Shown here piece after piece: positions 6,294 through 16,069 of a DNA stretch of 38,248 bases. The translations under genes and the position numbers were made by a program. This DNA is from a virus (lineage: Duplodnaviria; Heunggongvirae; Uroviricota; Caudoviricetes): IMG/VR virus record IMGVR_UViG_2617270960_000007. One strand, given 5' to 3'. The notes beneath the pieces were generated by a model. The model worked only from the letters and a program-made list of their open reading frames with translations, made no database searches and had not been told where the DNA came from. Positions within the stretch are counted from its first letter, which is position 1. Each line of letters begins with the position of its first letter.

Positions 6294-9073
6294 GTGCGTT
6301 TGCATGGAGCTGGAATGAACCACGACCAGCTATTGATCCGGCCAGATTTACGGAGCGCAGGCAGGAAACTGAAACCGACCTGCAACGCGCCATCCGTTAC
6401 TACCTTGAGGCGGACAAAAGGGCACAGGAAGAACAGGAAGCGAAGGAAGAAGCCTTTTTCGCACAATCCGCCATGGGTAAAAAACTCATGGCATCCCTTG
6501 AGGAAGCCGGACAGCGTGAAAAGCTGGCACAGAGCATCATCAGTAAGCGCCGGGCAACAGAACAAGACCCGGTAGCCCGTGCCTTTGCCACACTGAAGGC
6601 GCTTCCCGTTTATCTGCGAGAACCTCTGAGCCGCCACCTCTCTTTCCTGCGCAAGAAGCAGGAAGCCGATCGTCAGAAAGGCAAAAAGAGCTGGCAGGCG
6701 GAACGCTATACACGCGGAACCCTGCGCAAAATATTCGAACGTCTGGATCGCACTGACGGGCGCTGGCTGACACCTGGTTATCGCTCCCTTGCCGGACGCG
6801 AACGCCTGGACGATTTGCTTTACCTGCCGCAGCTCAACAAACACCAGATACAGACGCTGGCCACCATGACGGCGGCGATGTTCAGCAGCACCTTCGAAAA
6901 ACTCTGCGATGGCTTTGGCGCGACCGATGGCGAACTGACCATGGATGTAACGCTGAAGGCGTATCAGATGCTGGCCCGCATGGCGTTACACCTGCACATC
7001 ATGCCCCCACATTATGACGCACTGACAACAGATAAAGACCGGAGGAACGAACCGGACACGGAGCTGCTGCCGGGCGCAATCCTTCGCCTGACCTGTACGG
7101 AATGGTGGAAACGCAAACTGTGGCTGTTACGTTGCGAGTGGAGAGAAGAACAACTCCGCGCCGCCTGTCTGGTTTCCAGAAAAACATCGCCCTATCTGAG
7201 CCAGGACGCATTAAGCGAGTTTCGCGCACAGCGCGAGAAAACACGCGATTTCCTGACAAGTTTCATGCTGGAAAACGAAGATGGGTTCACGATTGATCTC
7301 GAGACAGTGTATTACGCGGGAGTAAGTAACCCGGTTCACCGTAAGGCAGAAATGATGGCCACCATGAAGGGGCTGGAACTTCTGGCCGAAGCCCGTGGCG
7401 ACAAAGCGGTGTTTCTGACTGTCACCTGCCCGTCAAAATACCACGCCACAACAGAGAACGGTCATCCGAATCCCAAATGGAACGGGGCCACCATGCGCGA
7501 CTCCAGCGATTACCTGGTTAACACGTTTTTTGCGGCGGTCCGCAAGAAACTGAACCGCGACGGCCTGCGCTGGTATGGCATCCGCACGGTGGAGCCTCAC
7601 CATGACGGCACCGTGCACTGGCATATGATGGTCTTTGCTCATCCGGAAGAAATCGACACTATTGTGTCCCACACCCGCGATATTGCCATTCAGGAAGATC
7701 GTCACGAGCTGGGTGATGATATTACCCCACGCTTTAAGGCGGAGTACGTCGACGGCTCAAAAGGCACACCGACCAGCTACATCGCCACCTACATCGGGAA
7801 AAACCTGGACAGCCGTGCCGTGGATGGCATCGACCCGAAAACGGGCAAGCCACGCGTTGACCACGAAACCGGAAAATCAATGGCCGAGAGCGTGGAACGC
7901 GCCATCGGCTGGGCGCGCCTTCACCGGGTCCGCCAGTTCCAGTTCTTTGGCATCCCCTCCCGCCAGGTATGGCGTGAACTGCGCCGCCTTGCCAGCCAGA
8001 TGGCACGCAACCCAGAAGGCCCGCAACGGCTGAAGGATGACGCAATGGATGCGGTTCTTGCCGCCGCTGATGCCGGATGTTTTGCCACCTACATAGAGAA
8101 ACAGGGCGGCGTACTTGTTCCACGCAAAGACTACCTGATTCGCACCGCCTACGACCTCGCCGATGAGCTGAACGATTACGGCGAACAGAGCGTACAGATT
8201 TACGGGATCTGGTCACCACTCATCGGGGAATCCTCCCGTGTGTGCACGCATCCGGATAACTGGAAGCTGGTAAGACGCAAACCGGAAGCGGAAGACAGTG
8301 CCCGCGAAAATGGTTTTGACCTTCAGGGCGGCCCTGCCGCCCCTTGGACTCGTGGCAATAACTGTCCCCGTGTACAGGAAACGGACAACAACGGGACAGA
8401 ACAGCCGGAAGAACGGCCAGCACCGTGGCCGCAGCTCCCTGACGGCGTTGAAGTGAACGAATGGATGCGCTCACTGAAACGGCACGAACGCCGGGCGCTG
8501 ATGCGTTCGCTTCGTGACAAACAGGCAAAAAACAGCAGTGATGAAATGCAGAGCTGGACACAGAGCCGCAAACAGCAGCGGCCTTTGCCTGATAACCACG
8601 AATTACTCGCTAAAGAATGGCGGGAATCTGCCGAATCTCTCGGCCTGCATATCGGTGAACAGCAGATGCAGCACCTGTTACGAGGCGGCAGTCTGTACGT
8701 TGACGGCAGCATCATTGCACCGCAGGGATTTGAAATTGTACGCAAACCAGATACCCGACCGGACAGCCGAATCACGCAGCTCTGGCAGCGCCTGAGCCGT
8801 AATCACGGCGTAAACAGCACGGAAATCCGCCATAACCCGGTTTCCAGCTATCTGAAACAGCTCGGGGCATCAGACCCTGAAGCCGCTGCACGCCTGGCAT
8901 CCACAATTCAGCAGGACCAGAACACCATGAAAACTCCCGTTACCGTGCTTTCTGACATGCTGCGCGCCATCCGTGACGCAGAGCACGCACAGAGAATCAA
9001 TGAAACCACTGAACGCGCACGTCACAAGGCGGGTCTGTTGCAGGACAAAGGCAATAGCGAGAAGAAAAAATAA
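6290..9073 (+). CDS. A: Replication initiation endonuclease, P2 gpA family (rolling-circle HUH nickase)
   Basis: About 927 aa; HUH-like motif VHWHMMVF and tandem-tyrosine region SYIATYIGKNLD typical of P2 A / phiX174 A-type nickases; synteny after early ORFs. Confidence 0.85.
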   Translation: MSAFAWSWNEPRPAIDPARFTERRQETETDLQRAIRYYLEADKRAQEEQEAKEEAFFAQSAMGKKLMASLEEAGQREKLAQSIISKRRATEQDPVARAFATLKALPVYLREPLSRHLSFLRKKQEADRQKGKKSWQAERYTRGTLRKIFERLDRTDGRWLTPGYRSLAGRERLDDLLYLPQLNKHQIQTLATMTAAMFSSTFEKLCDGFGATDGELTMDVTLKAYQMLARMALHLHIMPPHYDALTTDKDRRNEPDTELLPGAILRLTCTEWWKRKLWLLRCEWREEQLRAACLVSRKTSPYLSQDALSEFRAQREKTRDFLTSFMLENEDGFTIDLETVYYAGVSNPVHRKAEMMATMKGLELLAEARGDKAVFLTVTCPSKYHATTENGHPNPKWNGATMRDSSDYLVNTFFAAVRKKLNRDGLRWYGIRTVEPHHDGTVHWHMMVFAHPEEIDTIVSHTRDIAIQEDRHELGDDITPRFKAEYVDGSKGTPTSYIATYIGKNLDSRAVDGIDPKTGKPRVDHETGKSMAESVERAIGWARLHRVRQFQFFGIPSRQVWRELRRLASQMARNPEGPQRLKDDAMDAVLAAADAGCFATYIEKQGGVLVPRKDYLIRTAYDLADELNDYGEQSVQIYGIWSPLIGESSRVCTHPDNWKLVRRKPEAEDSARENGFDLQGGPAAPWTRGNNCPRVQETDNNGTEQPEERPAPWPQLPDGVEVNEWMRSLKRHERRALMRSLRDKQAKNSSDEMQSWTQSRKQQRPLPDNHELLAKEWRESAESLGLHIGEQQMQHLLRGGSLYVDGSIIAPQGFEIVRKPDTRPDSRITQLWQRLSRNHGVNSTEIRHNPVSSYLKQLGASDPEAAARLASTIQQDQNTMKTPVTVLSDMLRAIRDAEHAQRINETTERARHKAGLLQDKGNSEKKK

Positions 9074-9253
9074 CCAAGAAAGAAATCATCAATTGTATGA
9101 AGGTAGAGTTTAGACATGGTAAGGACGTTCCATGAGGCACACTGTAATTTCATATAGTATTCCTCTTCCCTGTTTGATAAAAAAGTGCAATACTATAAAT
9201 AGTCCAGTTAAATGCTTTTTCAATTCACTTAAAATCAAGAGGTTACAGTTAAG

Positions 9254-10375
9254 ATGGGCGACTTAGGTGGTATTCAGTCAGATTTAGCCCAACTAGTTAG
9301 ACTGGTAATAACTGAACAGTATGATGACGTTCGGTTATATGTCGCTCGCTTGGTGCGTAAATATCGGGAAACTATGCCTGCTCTATCCGAGCAGCTTGAT
9401 CTTTATCTACGAAATAAACCGCAAAAGCCTGCACAAAGCCTGCGTAAGGTTACCGCACCAAAACAAGCGCTGCCTCAAACCATGCCTGTGGACGAGGAGT
9501 CAAGGCTTACCTTGCTTAAAGCACCAAATGAAAAGATTGTGAGCAAACCTCTACTGTCCAGTCAGATAGAAGACTCACTGGATCAAATTATTCTTGAGCG
9601 GAAGCACATCGATCGCCTCAAGACTCTCGGCTTACAACCAACACGCTCTGCCATTTTTGTTGGCCCTCCGGGTGTAGGTAAAACACTTACGGCAAGCTGG
9701 TTAGCTCAGAAATTAGGGGTTCCTTTTTACGTTCTTGATTTAACGGCAGTAATGAGCAGCTATCTGGGCAAAAGCGGAAATAACCTTCGGGCAGCTCTAG
9801 ATTTTGCGAAGAAAGGGCCGTGCGTTCTTCTGTTAGATGAAATTGATTCAATCGCCAAAAAGAGAAGTGATGATTCTGATGTTGGAGAATTAAAAAGACT
9901 TGTTACCGTAATACTCCAGGAGGTTGACGAATGGCCGTCTTCTAGTTTGTTACTTGCTGCAACTAACTTCGCTGAGTTGATTGATCCAGCACTATGGAGA
10001 CGTTTTGATTTAGTGCTCAATTTTGAGAAGCCAGATAGCGAAAGTATTAAAGAAGCAATTAAACGCTTTTCAGGTCCCGACTACGCGATTTTTGCACGTT
10101 GGATAGATCTACTGGCTATTATGTTCAAAAATGAATCTTTTAGTAATATTGAGCGTTCTATCAACAAATTCCGACGTTCGGTCGCTTTAGGTATTTCCTC
10201 AGATGAAGAGTTGATTGGGTCGTTCATTAAAGATGGTTTATCAGAATTAGACAGGAATGAACGTAAAGAAATTGCAGTTACTCTAAAAAGAAATTCTAAA
10301 TTATCCCAGCATGCCATATCAGACTTAACCGGAGTCAGTAGGGATACAATTAGAAAATACAGTCAAAAAATGTAA
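9254..10375 (+). CDS. AAA+ ATPase (classic clade) with C-terminal HTH; candidate defense-system ATPase
   Basis: Walker A GPPGVGKT (aa 137-144), Walker B VLLLDEID (aa 191-198), sensor ATN (aa 236-238), second-region-of-homology ALWRRFD; C-terminal LSQHAISDLTGVSRDTIRKY HTH-like; own AT-rich promoter region and SD AAGAGG; AT-rich. Confidence 0.85.
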   Translation: MGDLGGIQSDLAQLVRLVITEQYDDVRLYVARLVRKYRETMPALSEQLDLYLRNKPQKPAQSLRKVTAPKQALPQTMPVDEESRLTLLKAPNEKIVSKPLLSSQIEDSLDQIILERKHIDRLKTLGLQPTRSAIFVGPPGVGKTLTASWLAQKLGVPFYVLDLTAVMSSYLGKSGNNLRAALDFAKKGPCVLLLDEIDSIAKKRSDDSDVGELKRLVTVILQEVDEWPSSSLLLAATNFAELIDPALWRRFDLVLNFEKPDSESIKEAIKRFSGPDYAIFARWIDLLAIMFKNESFSNIERSINKFRRSVALGISSDEELIGSFIKDGLSELDRNERKEIAVTLKRNSKLSQHAISDLTGVSRDTIRKYSQKM

Positions 10376-10398
10376 TACAGCATAGATAAGGAGTATGT

Positions 10399-12624
10399 AT
10401 GGCGAAAACTAATTTTCTGATTGGACGCGGCGAATTATTAACCAGCGATATTCCTGGTCCTAAAAGAGTGCCCGGAAAAGCTGAGGTTTATTCTCTTTAC
10501 GAATCGAAACAACGGTTATTGCCGCAAATTGCATCTACTATAGAAAATTTTGATGATTTACCCAGTCAGGCATGTCCTTATGATTATGCTGTGGCTAAGT
10601 TGACGTTGAATCCGAGCTATATTGCACGCTCTTTTTTTCCTGCAAAAATGCTTAAGTCTACCGGGTTAACGTCTATTGGCAGCAGGACGGTAAAAATTAC
10701 GCCTCAAAGCTGGAAGCGAAAAGTTACTGTGTCAGAAGTAACTACGACACAAATGTTTGTTGCTGGTAAAAGAGAATCCTTCAAAGAGTTACCTCATTGG
10801 GTGTCAGGACTCAAAGAGTTTTCTGACGAAGCGATTGATTTTGCACGCATAGAACGGTTCGATGCCTATTTACCCGAAGAGCGTATTATTACCATTGGTG
10901 AGCAGGATTCTTCGTATTTTGAGGTTGGTGTTCATTTACTGCCAGATAATGAACAAGACTTGGTTCAGCAACAATTTGTTCAGTTTGCATCAAATTTGAA
11001 CATCAAAGTACATACTTCATTAGCTTTTACCGCTGGTACATTATGGTTCGTGCCAATCCAGGCCGATAGAATTACTATTAGTAAGCTTGCGAAATTTACA
11101 TTTGTACGAGTAATAAGACCGGTTCCAAGATTGCGTGGGATTAGACCAATACAAAGGAACTACGGTCCTTTAGCTCAGTGTAAATTGCCTGCTGAGGGCC
11201 CCGTATCTTCAGAAATAAAAGTTGCGATTCTTGATGGTGGTTTACCATCAGAGCACGCTATATCGCCATGGTTAAAATCCTATAGAGTTTTGGACGATCA
11301 TGCAGAGGATGATCCAGACGGTTTAGAGCATGGTTTAGCTGTGTCTTCAGCCTTTTTATTTGGACCAATAAGTAATAAATCGGAAGCGAAAAGACCATAC
11401 TCTTATATTGATAACTTAAGAGTTTTGGACAACAAGACCTGCCAAGAAGATCCGCTGGAACTATATCGAACTTTGGGCTTTATTGAAGAGGTATTGTTGT
11501 CTCGCCAGTATCAGTTTATCAATCTAAGTTTAGGTCCAGACCTACCAATTGAAGATACGGAAGTTCATGCATGGACTTCCGTTATTGATGATTTGTTAAG
11601 TGATGGTGAAACATTAATGACTGTTGCTGTTGGCAACAATGGAGAAATGGATCGCAAGTCTGGTAATGCAAGAATTCAAGTACCAGCCGATTGCGTTAAT
11701 GCTCTTGCTGTTGGTGCTTGTGATACAGTTAATGATACGGAATGGAAACGAGCACCATATAGCGCCATTGGGCCAGGCAGAAGTCCTGGCGTGATGAAAC
11801 CGGATTTAGTTGCGTTTGGTGGTGACACAGACGAGTACTTTCATGTTTTAGGTAAAGGTAAGAAGCCTGTAATCATACCCCAGCTAGGAACAAGCTTTGC
11901 CTCTCCTTACGCCTTACGAGCAGCTGTTGGTGTTCGGGCAATTTTAGGGAACGATTTGAGCCTACTAGCAATCAAAGCTTTGTTAATTCATGCGTCAAAA
12001 CAGCTTGATCATCCTTGTACAGAAGTTGGCTGGGGAAAACTTCCTGAAGACTTGAACGACATTATAGTCAGCCCTGATGGTGTTGCCCGTATCGTCTACC
12101 AAGGTGAATTGAAACCAGGAAAATACTTACGCGCTCCTCTTCCAATACCTGAAGGTGGCTTGAAAGGTAGAATAAACTTAGCGGCAACTTTCTGTTATGC
12201 AACAACCACTGATCCACAAGACCCAGCTTCCTATACAAAAGCTGGTTTGGAAGTGACATTCCGGCCAAATGATTCAAAAATCAAAGACGGAAAACAAAAT
12301 GCTGAAACCAAGGGATTCTTTGAACTGGCCAAATATTCAACTGAAAGTGAGCGACGTTCTGACATGGGCAAATGGGAGACCGTCTTACATAATTCGAAGA
12401 ACATGCTAGGTTCAACTCTAAAAAATCCTGTATTTGACATTCATTATAACGCTCGTGAGGCCGGTGCAAGCATAGCCAGCCATAAGGCAGAAAAAATCAA
12501 GTATGCTCTTATAATTACCATTAAGGCATCAAAGCACCAAGACCTGTATAACGAAATTTTACGTACTTATAATCAGGTGCTCGTGCCAATTCAACCGCAA
12601 ACATCAATTCCTATTCGTTCGTAA
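10399..12624 (+). CDS. Subtilisin-like serine protease (peptidase S8) with about 270-aa unknown N-terminal domain
   Basis: Catalytic triad motifs in S8 order: VAILDGG (Asp about aa 279), HGLAVSS (His about aa 311), GTSFASPYA (Ser about aa 499), oxyanion VGNNGE (Asn about aa 413); 24 nt after the ATPase gene, same strand; AT-rich. Confidence 0.85.
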   Translation: MAKTNFLIGRGELLTSDIPGPKRVPGKAEVYSLYESKQRLLPQIASTIENFDDLPSQACPYDYAVAKLTLNPSYIARSFFPAKMLKSTGLTSIGSRTVKITPQSWKRKVTVSEVTTTQMFVAGKRESFKELPHWVSGLKEFSDEAIDFARIERFDAYLPEERIITIGEQDSSYFEVGVHLLPDNEQDLVQQQFVQFASNLNIKVHTSLAFTAGTLWFVPIQADRITISKLAKFTFVRVIRPVPRLRGIRPIQRNYGPLAQCKLPAEGPVSSEIKVAILDGGLPSEHAISPWLKSYRVLDDHAEDDPDGLEHGLAVSSAFLFGPISNKSEAKRPYSYIDNLRVLDNKTCQEDPLELYRTLGFIEEVLLSRQYQFINLSLGPDLPIEDTEVHAWTSVIDDLLSDGETLMTVAVGNNGEMDRKSGNARIQVPADCVNALAVGACDTVNDTEWKRAPYSAIGPGRSPGVMKPDLVAFGGDTDEYFHVLGKGKKPVIIPQLGTSFASPYALRAAVGVRAILGNDLSLLAIKALLIHASKQLDHPCTEVGWGKLPEDLNDIIVSPDGVARIVYQGELKPGKYLRAPLPIPEGGLKGRINLAATFCYATTTDPQDPASYTKAGLEVTFRPNDSKIKDGKQNAETKGFFELAKYSTESERRSDMGKWETVLHNSKNMLGSTLKNPVFDIHYNAREAGASIASHKAEKIKYALIITIKASKHQDLYNEILRTYNQVLVPIQPQTSIPIRS

Positions 12625-12638
12625 TCCTTCAAGACATA

Positions 12639-12668
12639 ATGCCCCTCAATTTGAGGGGCATTTCTTTG
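12639..12668 (+). terminator. Rho-independent terminator of the ATPase/protease cassette
   Basis: atgcccctc-aattt-gaggggcat hairpin followed by ttcttt. Confidence 0.6.
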
Positions 12669-13067
12669 CACAAAAGCGCACAAATTTGCACAATTTTTTT
12701 GAACGACTTTTTGCCCTTCCGGCCCGCATGGCGGCTGGATCGGTCAAGGATCCGTGCGTGCACAAAAAAACGCGCTTTTTCTGCGCGCAGGTGACGGGGG
12801 AACAGCCCGCGTTTCAGGGGGTAAATAGCGTCCCCTTAACGATGTCGCAGCGACACGACAGAATGGCCGTATTTCTCACGCTGAGCGTGAAAAATACGTG
12901 AGGGATTCTGATTTGATGGGGTGAAAGGTAAGGCCGTCAAAATCGCACTGAGGCGGCGAGAACATGCAGTCAACGCGGTGGGATTGCGTAAGAGTCTGAC
13001 CGTCGATGGTGGCGATAAGCTGGAAGACGTCGTGAAATTATCTGACTGATACAGGAGCTGGAGAGTC

Positions 13068-13092
13068 GGGGCATAAATTTTTTATGCCCCGG
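13068..13092. repeat. Perfect 11-bp inverted repeat hairpin downstream of portal gene (cos-proximal)
   Basis: cggggcataaa-ttt-tttatgccccg; no flanking U-tract, so not a canonical terminator. Confidence 0.4.
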
Positions 13093-13117
13093 CGAAGCAG
13101 CAGACAAGCGAAGCGCG

Positions 13118-14164
13118 TCAGGATGTGGGCTGAGTGTCCAGCAGTGCGTAAGGGTTAAAGCGGATCACCTCTTCGCCAAGCCAGTCATTGATATGCTTCA
13201 TGGCCTCCATTACGGGCATCAGCTCGTTAATTGCATAAACCCGCGCTGCCTTCTCCACATCACCAAACGCACTTTTTTCGCCCGGCATCGCCCCCATCAG
13301 TTGCGGCGGAACGCGGTGCGCAGCCAGCACATCATCACGGGATGCCGCCTTAACATTCATGAACTCATCCTTTGCGGTGATCTGCTGGAACGGCAAAATT
13401 TGCACCCCCTCTTTGCCCCCGTTGGGCGCATGAATGAGCACGTTTTTAAACGCACCACCACCACGCGCACCCTGTAGCGTTTCTTTCAGGGAGTCCATGC
13501 TTTCGCGGTTTACCTGCGCTGCACCGATGTAGATGATGCACCCGGCGTGGGATCCGTTGTCGTAATACAGTTTTCTGAACATGTCCGCCGAATGAGACAG
13601 GCTGGCCGAGAGTAATGCGCCAAGATATTCCGGCATGCCGTAGATTTCCTGGTTAATGTCCGGATTCATCAGGTGGCACACTTTGCCAGGGCGAAACTGA
13701 AACGCGTCCTTGCCATCCTGCACATACCACCATGATTCAAGATCGCTTCCGCGTCGCATGTATTTCGCCAGGGCGTGTCGTAATTTAAGCGGTTCGCCGA
13801 GCATATTGCTCCGAAGCTCAAGGAATGCGTTACCGAACACAAACCAGTCCAGCGCCAGCGCCGAGAAATCCTGCCGGGAAAGCAGCGGGTGCGGAATATA
13901 GCAGCCGAGCAATACATTGCGCTTAAAGTAAAGCGCAGACTGATGCCAGGACGTTTGCCGGGCAGCTCTTGCCAGACCGTACCAGTCCACCGGGGTTTCG
14001 TACCACCGCCCGTTATCAGCACAGTACATATTGTCCAGCAGGTCATGCCCGGTCAGGCGATAAGGACCATCAAATGTGAATGCACTGAGCGATGATTCTT
14101 TCCTGAGCGCATCAGCGAGATCAATGCGTGAATTCATGCGCACTTTTTTATTTTTTCTGCTCAT
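13118..14164 (-). CDS. Q: Portal protein (P2 gpQ family)
   Basis: 348 aa; size, minus-strand orientation and adjacency to terminase match P2 Q. Confidence 0.85.
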   Translation of the reverse strand: MSRKNKKVRMNSRIDLADALRKESSLSAFTFDGPYRLTGHDLLDNMYCADNGRWYETPVDWYGLARAARQTSWHQSALYFKRNVLLGCYIPHPLLSRQDFSALALDWFVFGNAFLELRSNMLGEPLKLRHALAKYMRRGSDLESWWYVQDGKDAFQFRPGKVCHLMNPDINQEIYGMPEYLGALLSASLSHSADMFRKLYYDNGSHAGCIIYIGAAQVNRESMDSLKETLQGARGGGAFKNVLIHAPNGGKEGVQILPFQQITAKDEFMNVKAASRDDVLAAHRVPPQLMGAMPGEKSAFGDVEKAARVYAINELMPVMEAMKHINDWLGEEVIRFNPYALLDTQPTS

Positions 14165-15915
14165 CAGAACTCCATAACCGTGAAACGCTCGTTTTCTCCT
14201 TCGCCGCCAATCGGTTCGTTAATGACAGCAAGCATGGTTGCCCACGCAAGGTCGCCGTGGCTGATCCCCCTCGCGCGGTCCGTTTCGTAAGTGATAAAGC
14301 CGCCCGGTGTTTTCACCTTACGCACGGCGTTAAAGGCCGCGACCAGCTCGCGTTCGGCGCGATCGTATTCCCACCGCCCGGCACGCATTATTTGCAGCAT
14401 TTTCAGTACCAGCGACCGTTTTGATGACAGCGTGAAGGTGTACGGAATAGCAGCAGGGAAAAAACGTTTCACTATCTGATAAACAGCCTCCCCGTTCCCG
14501 CCCGTCACATCAATGCCGATGTGTTCCACGTTGTAGCGATACGTGAACTCTTCAATGACTCTGGCCTGTTCTTCAAACTCCAGCCCCTGAACGCGTCGCG
14601 TCTCCACCGTTCGAAAACGGCCACCAGGAACAGCCGGAGGAACCACCACGGACACAGCGCCGCTGTCGCCGTTGCCACTGCTGCCGTTTGCGTCATACCC
14701 AATCCATACCGGACGATTCCCCATCGGGCGGGGAGCAAAAGGTTTCCAGTCTTTCCAGTCGTCGTATCCGTCAACACCGCAGCCAATCAGGATATTCAGG
14801 TTAAATGCCGATTCCCCTTCGCGAACAAACTCACACATATAGAGATTGCGGAACTCGTCTTCGGTGTTTTCATCACGAATTTCATCAATATCGGTGTGTT
14901 TCCAGCCGTGATTAACCACATCTTCCAGCGTGACAATTTGCCGCCACGTCCGGTCGGGGCAGATAAGCCCGTTATGCAGCGTTTTCCAGTCCACAGAAAA
15001 ATGCTGGCGTTTATGCGCGGCCTTTTTCTCGTTCCAGCGGTCGCCGTTCCAGTAGACGTATGCCTCGTGCGTTTCGGTTGATGGCGTGGAGAAGTAGGTG
15101 CGTCGCAGCCCGCTGAGGGTTGCCATAGCGCCAGCCACCTTGCGCAGTTCAGCAAAGCGACTGACCCAGAAAAATTCATCAAAATAAAAATTGCCTGTGT
15201 AGGACTGTGCCGTCGCAGCAGAAGTACCGAGAAAATGCAGCTCTGCGCCGTTGGAGAGGATGATTTTATCGCCCCCTTTCAGCTCCACATCAACTTCAGC
15301 CGCGGCCTTCTGAATAATGCTTTTAAACTGGAACGCCTGACGACGCGACGCAGACAAAAAAATCTGGTTACGCTGGTAAGGTTGCGCCACATCGTCACGC
15401 AGCGCCATCAGCAGTGCTTCCTGTGCAAAATACCAGGTTGCACCAATCTGTCGGGATTTCAGGATCATCCTGTTACGTATCCCGGCTTCCCTGCAAAGGG
15501 TCAGGGAGTCAAACCAGCCCCGCTGATGCCACTCCAGCCTGCTGATGATTTTTTCCCGCAGTGCGGCAATCTGTTCCGGCGTGAAATGATTTTTGAGTTT
15601 TTTCGCCCGGCCTTTCTTTCCTGCGGCCGTCGCATCCGGCTGGCCATCATGCAGCTTTTTAAGCTGCCGGGTCAGCAGGTCTATTTCCTTAAAGTCACCG
15701 CCTGTTTTATTCTGTTTTTCAGTAAGCTGGATGAGGCGCGCATCGATGGACTGCGTGACACGCTGCACGGGTGGCGTTTCATCCCACTGGTCGCGTTTTT
15801 TCCACGCATAAATCGTGTTCGGGTTTATTCCCATCAGACGTGATATTTCTGCGGGCGGATAACCCTGCCAGTAAAGTTGCCGCGCACGCTGGCGCACAAA
15901 AGCGTCCTGAATCAT
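14164..15915 (-). CDS. P: Terminase large subunit / ATPase (P2 gpP family)
   Basis: 583 aa; N-terminal HTH-like region and ATPase/nuclease-sized body; Q-P minus-strand pair divergent from O-N-M-L. Confidence 0.85.
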   Translation of the reverse strand: MIQDAFVRQRARQLYWQGYPPAEISRLMGINPNTIYAWKKRDQWDETPPVQRVTQSIDARLIQLTEKQNKTGGDFKEIDLLTRQLKKLHDGQPDATAAGKKGRAKKLKNHFTPEQIAALREKIISRLEWHQRGWFDSLTLCREAGIRNRMILKSRQIGATWYFAQEALLMALRDDVAQPYQRNQIFLSASRRQAFQFKSIIQKAAAEVDVELKGGDKIILSNGAELHFLGTSAATAQSYTGNFYFDEFFWVSRFAELRKVAGAMATLSGLRRTYFSTPSTETHEAYVYWNGDRWNEKKAAHKRQHFSVDWKTLHNGLICPDRTWRQIVTLEDVVNHGWKHTDIDEIRDENTEDEFRNLYMCEFVREGESAFNLNILIGCGVDGYDDWKDWKPFAPRPMGNRPVWIGYDANGSSGNGDSGAVSVVVPPAVPGGRFRTVETRRVQGLEFEEQARVIEEFTYRYNVEHIGIDVTGGNGEAVYQIVKRFFPAAIPYTFTLSSKRSLVLKMLQIMRAGRWEYDRAERELVAAFNAVRKVKTPGGFITYETDRARGISHGDLAWATMLAVINEPIGGEGENERFTVMEF

Positions 15916-16069
15916 TGCTCCCCCTGAGTAATTACAGGAAGATTACCCGCGCGCGAAACTGTTCTCCTTAACCCCCTGTTCTGACCGTTTTCTTACAACA
16001 AAAGCCCTTTGTATCAGCCTGTTACGCTTTGCCATCATGACTGAAGAACCAGTCAGAGGGGCAAAAACT

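Noticed and set aside
6143-6844. 233-aa minus-strand ORF antisense to the start of gene A
   Set aside because: Completely embedded antisense to a well-supported long gene in GC-rich DNA; typical spurious ORF.
7734-8775. Several Arg/Cys-rich minus-strand ORFs (161, 113, 150 aa) inside gene A
   Set aside because: Antisense to gene A; amino acid composition (R, C, S, P-rich) is typical of non-coding frames in high-GC sequence.
12686-12901. 71-aa ORF (MHNFFERLF...) downstream of the protease terminator
   Set aside because: No SD, odd composition, and it lies in the expected cos/intergenic region; likely non-coding.
14521-15843. Plus-strand ORFs (186 and 202 aa) opposite the terminase large subunit gene
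   Set aside because: Antisense to a well-supported gene with no start-site support.
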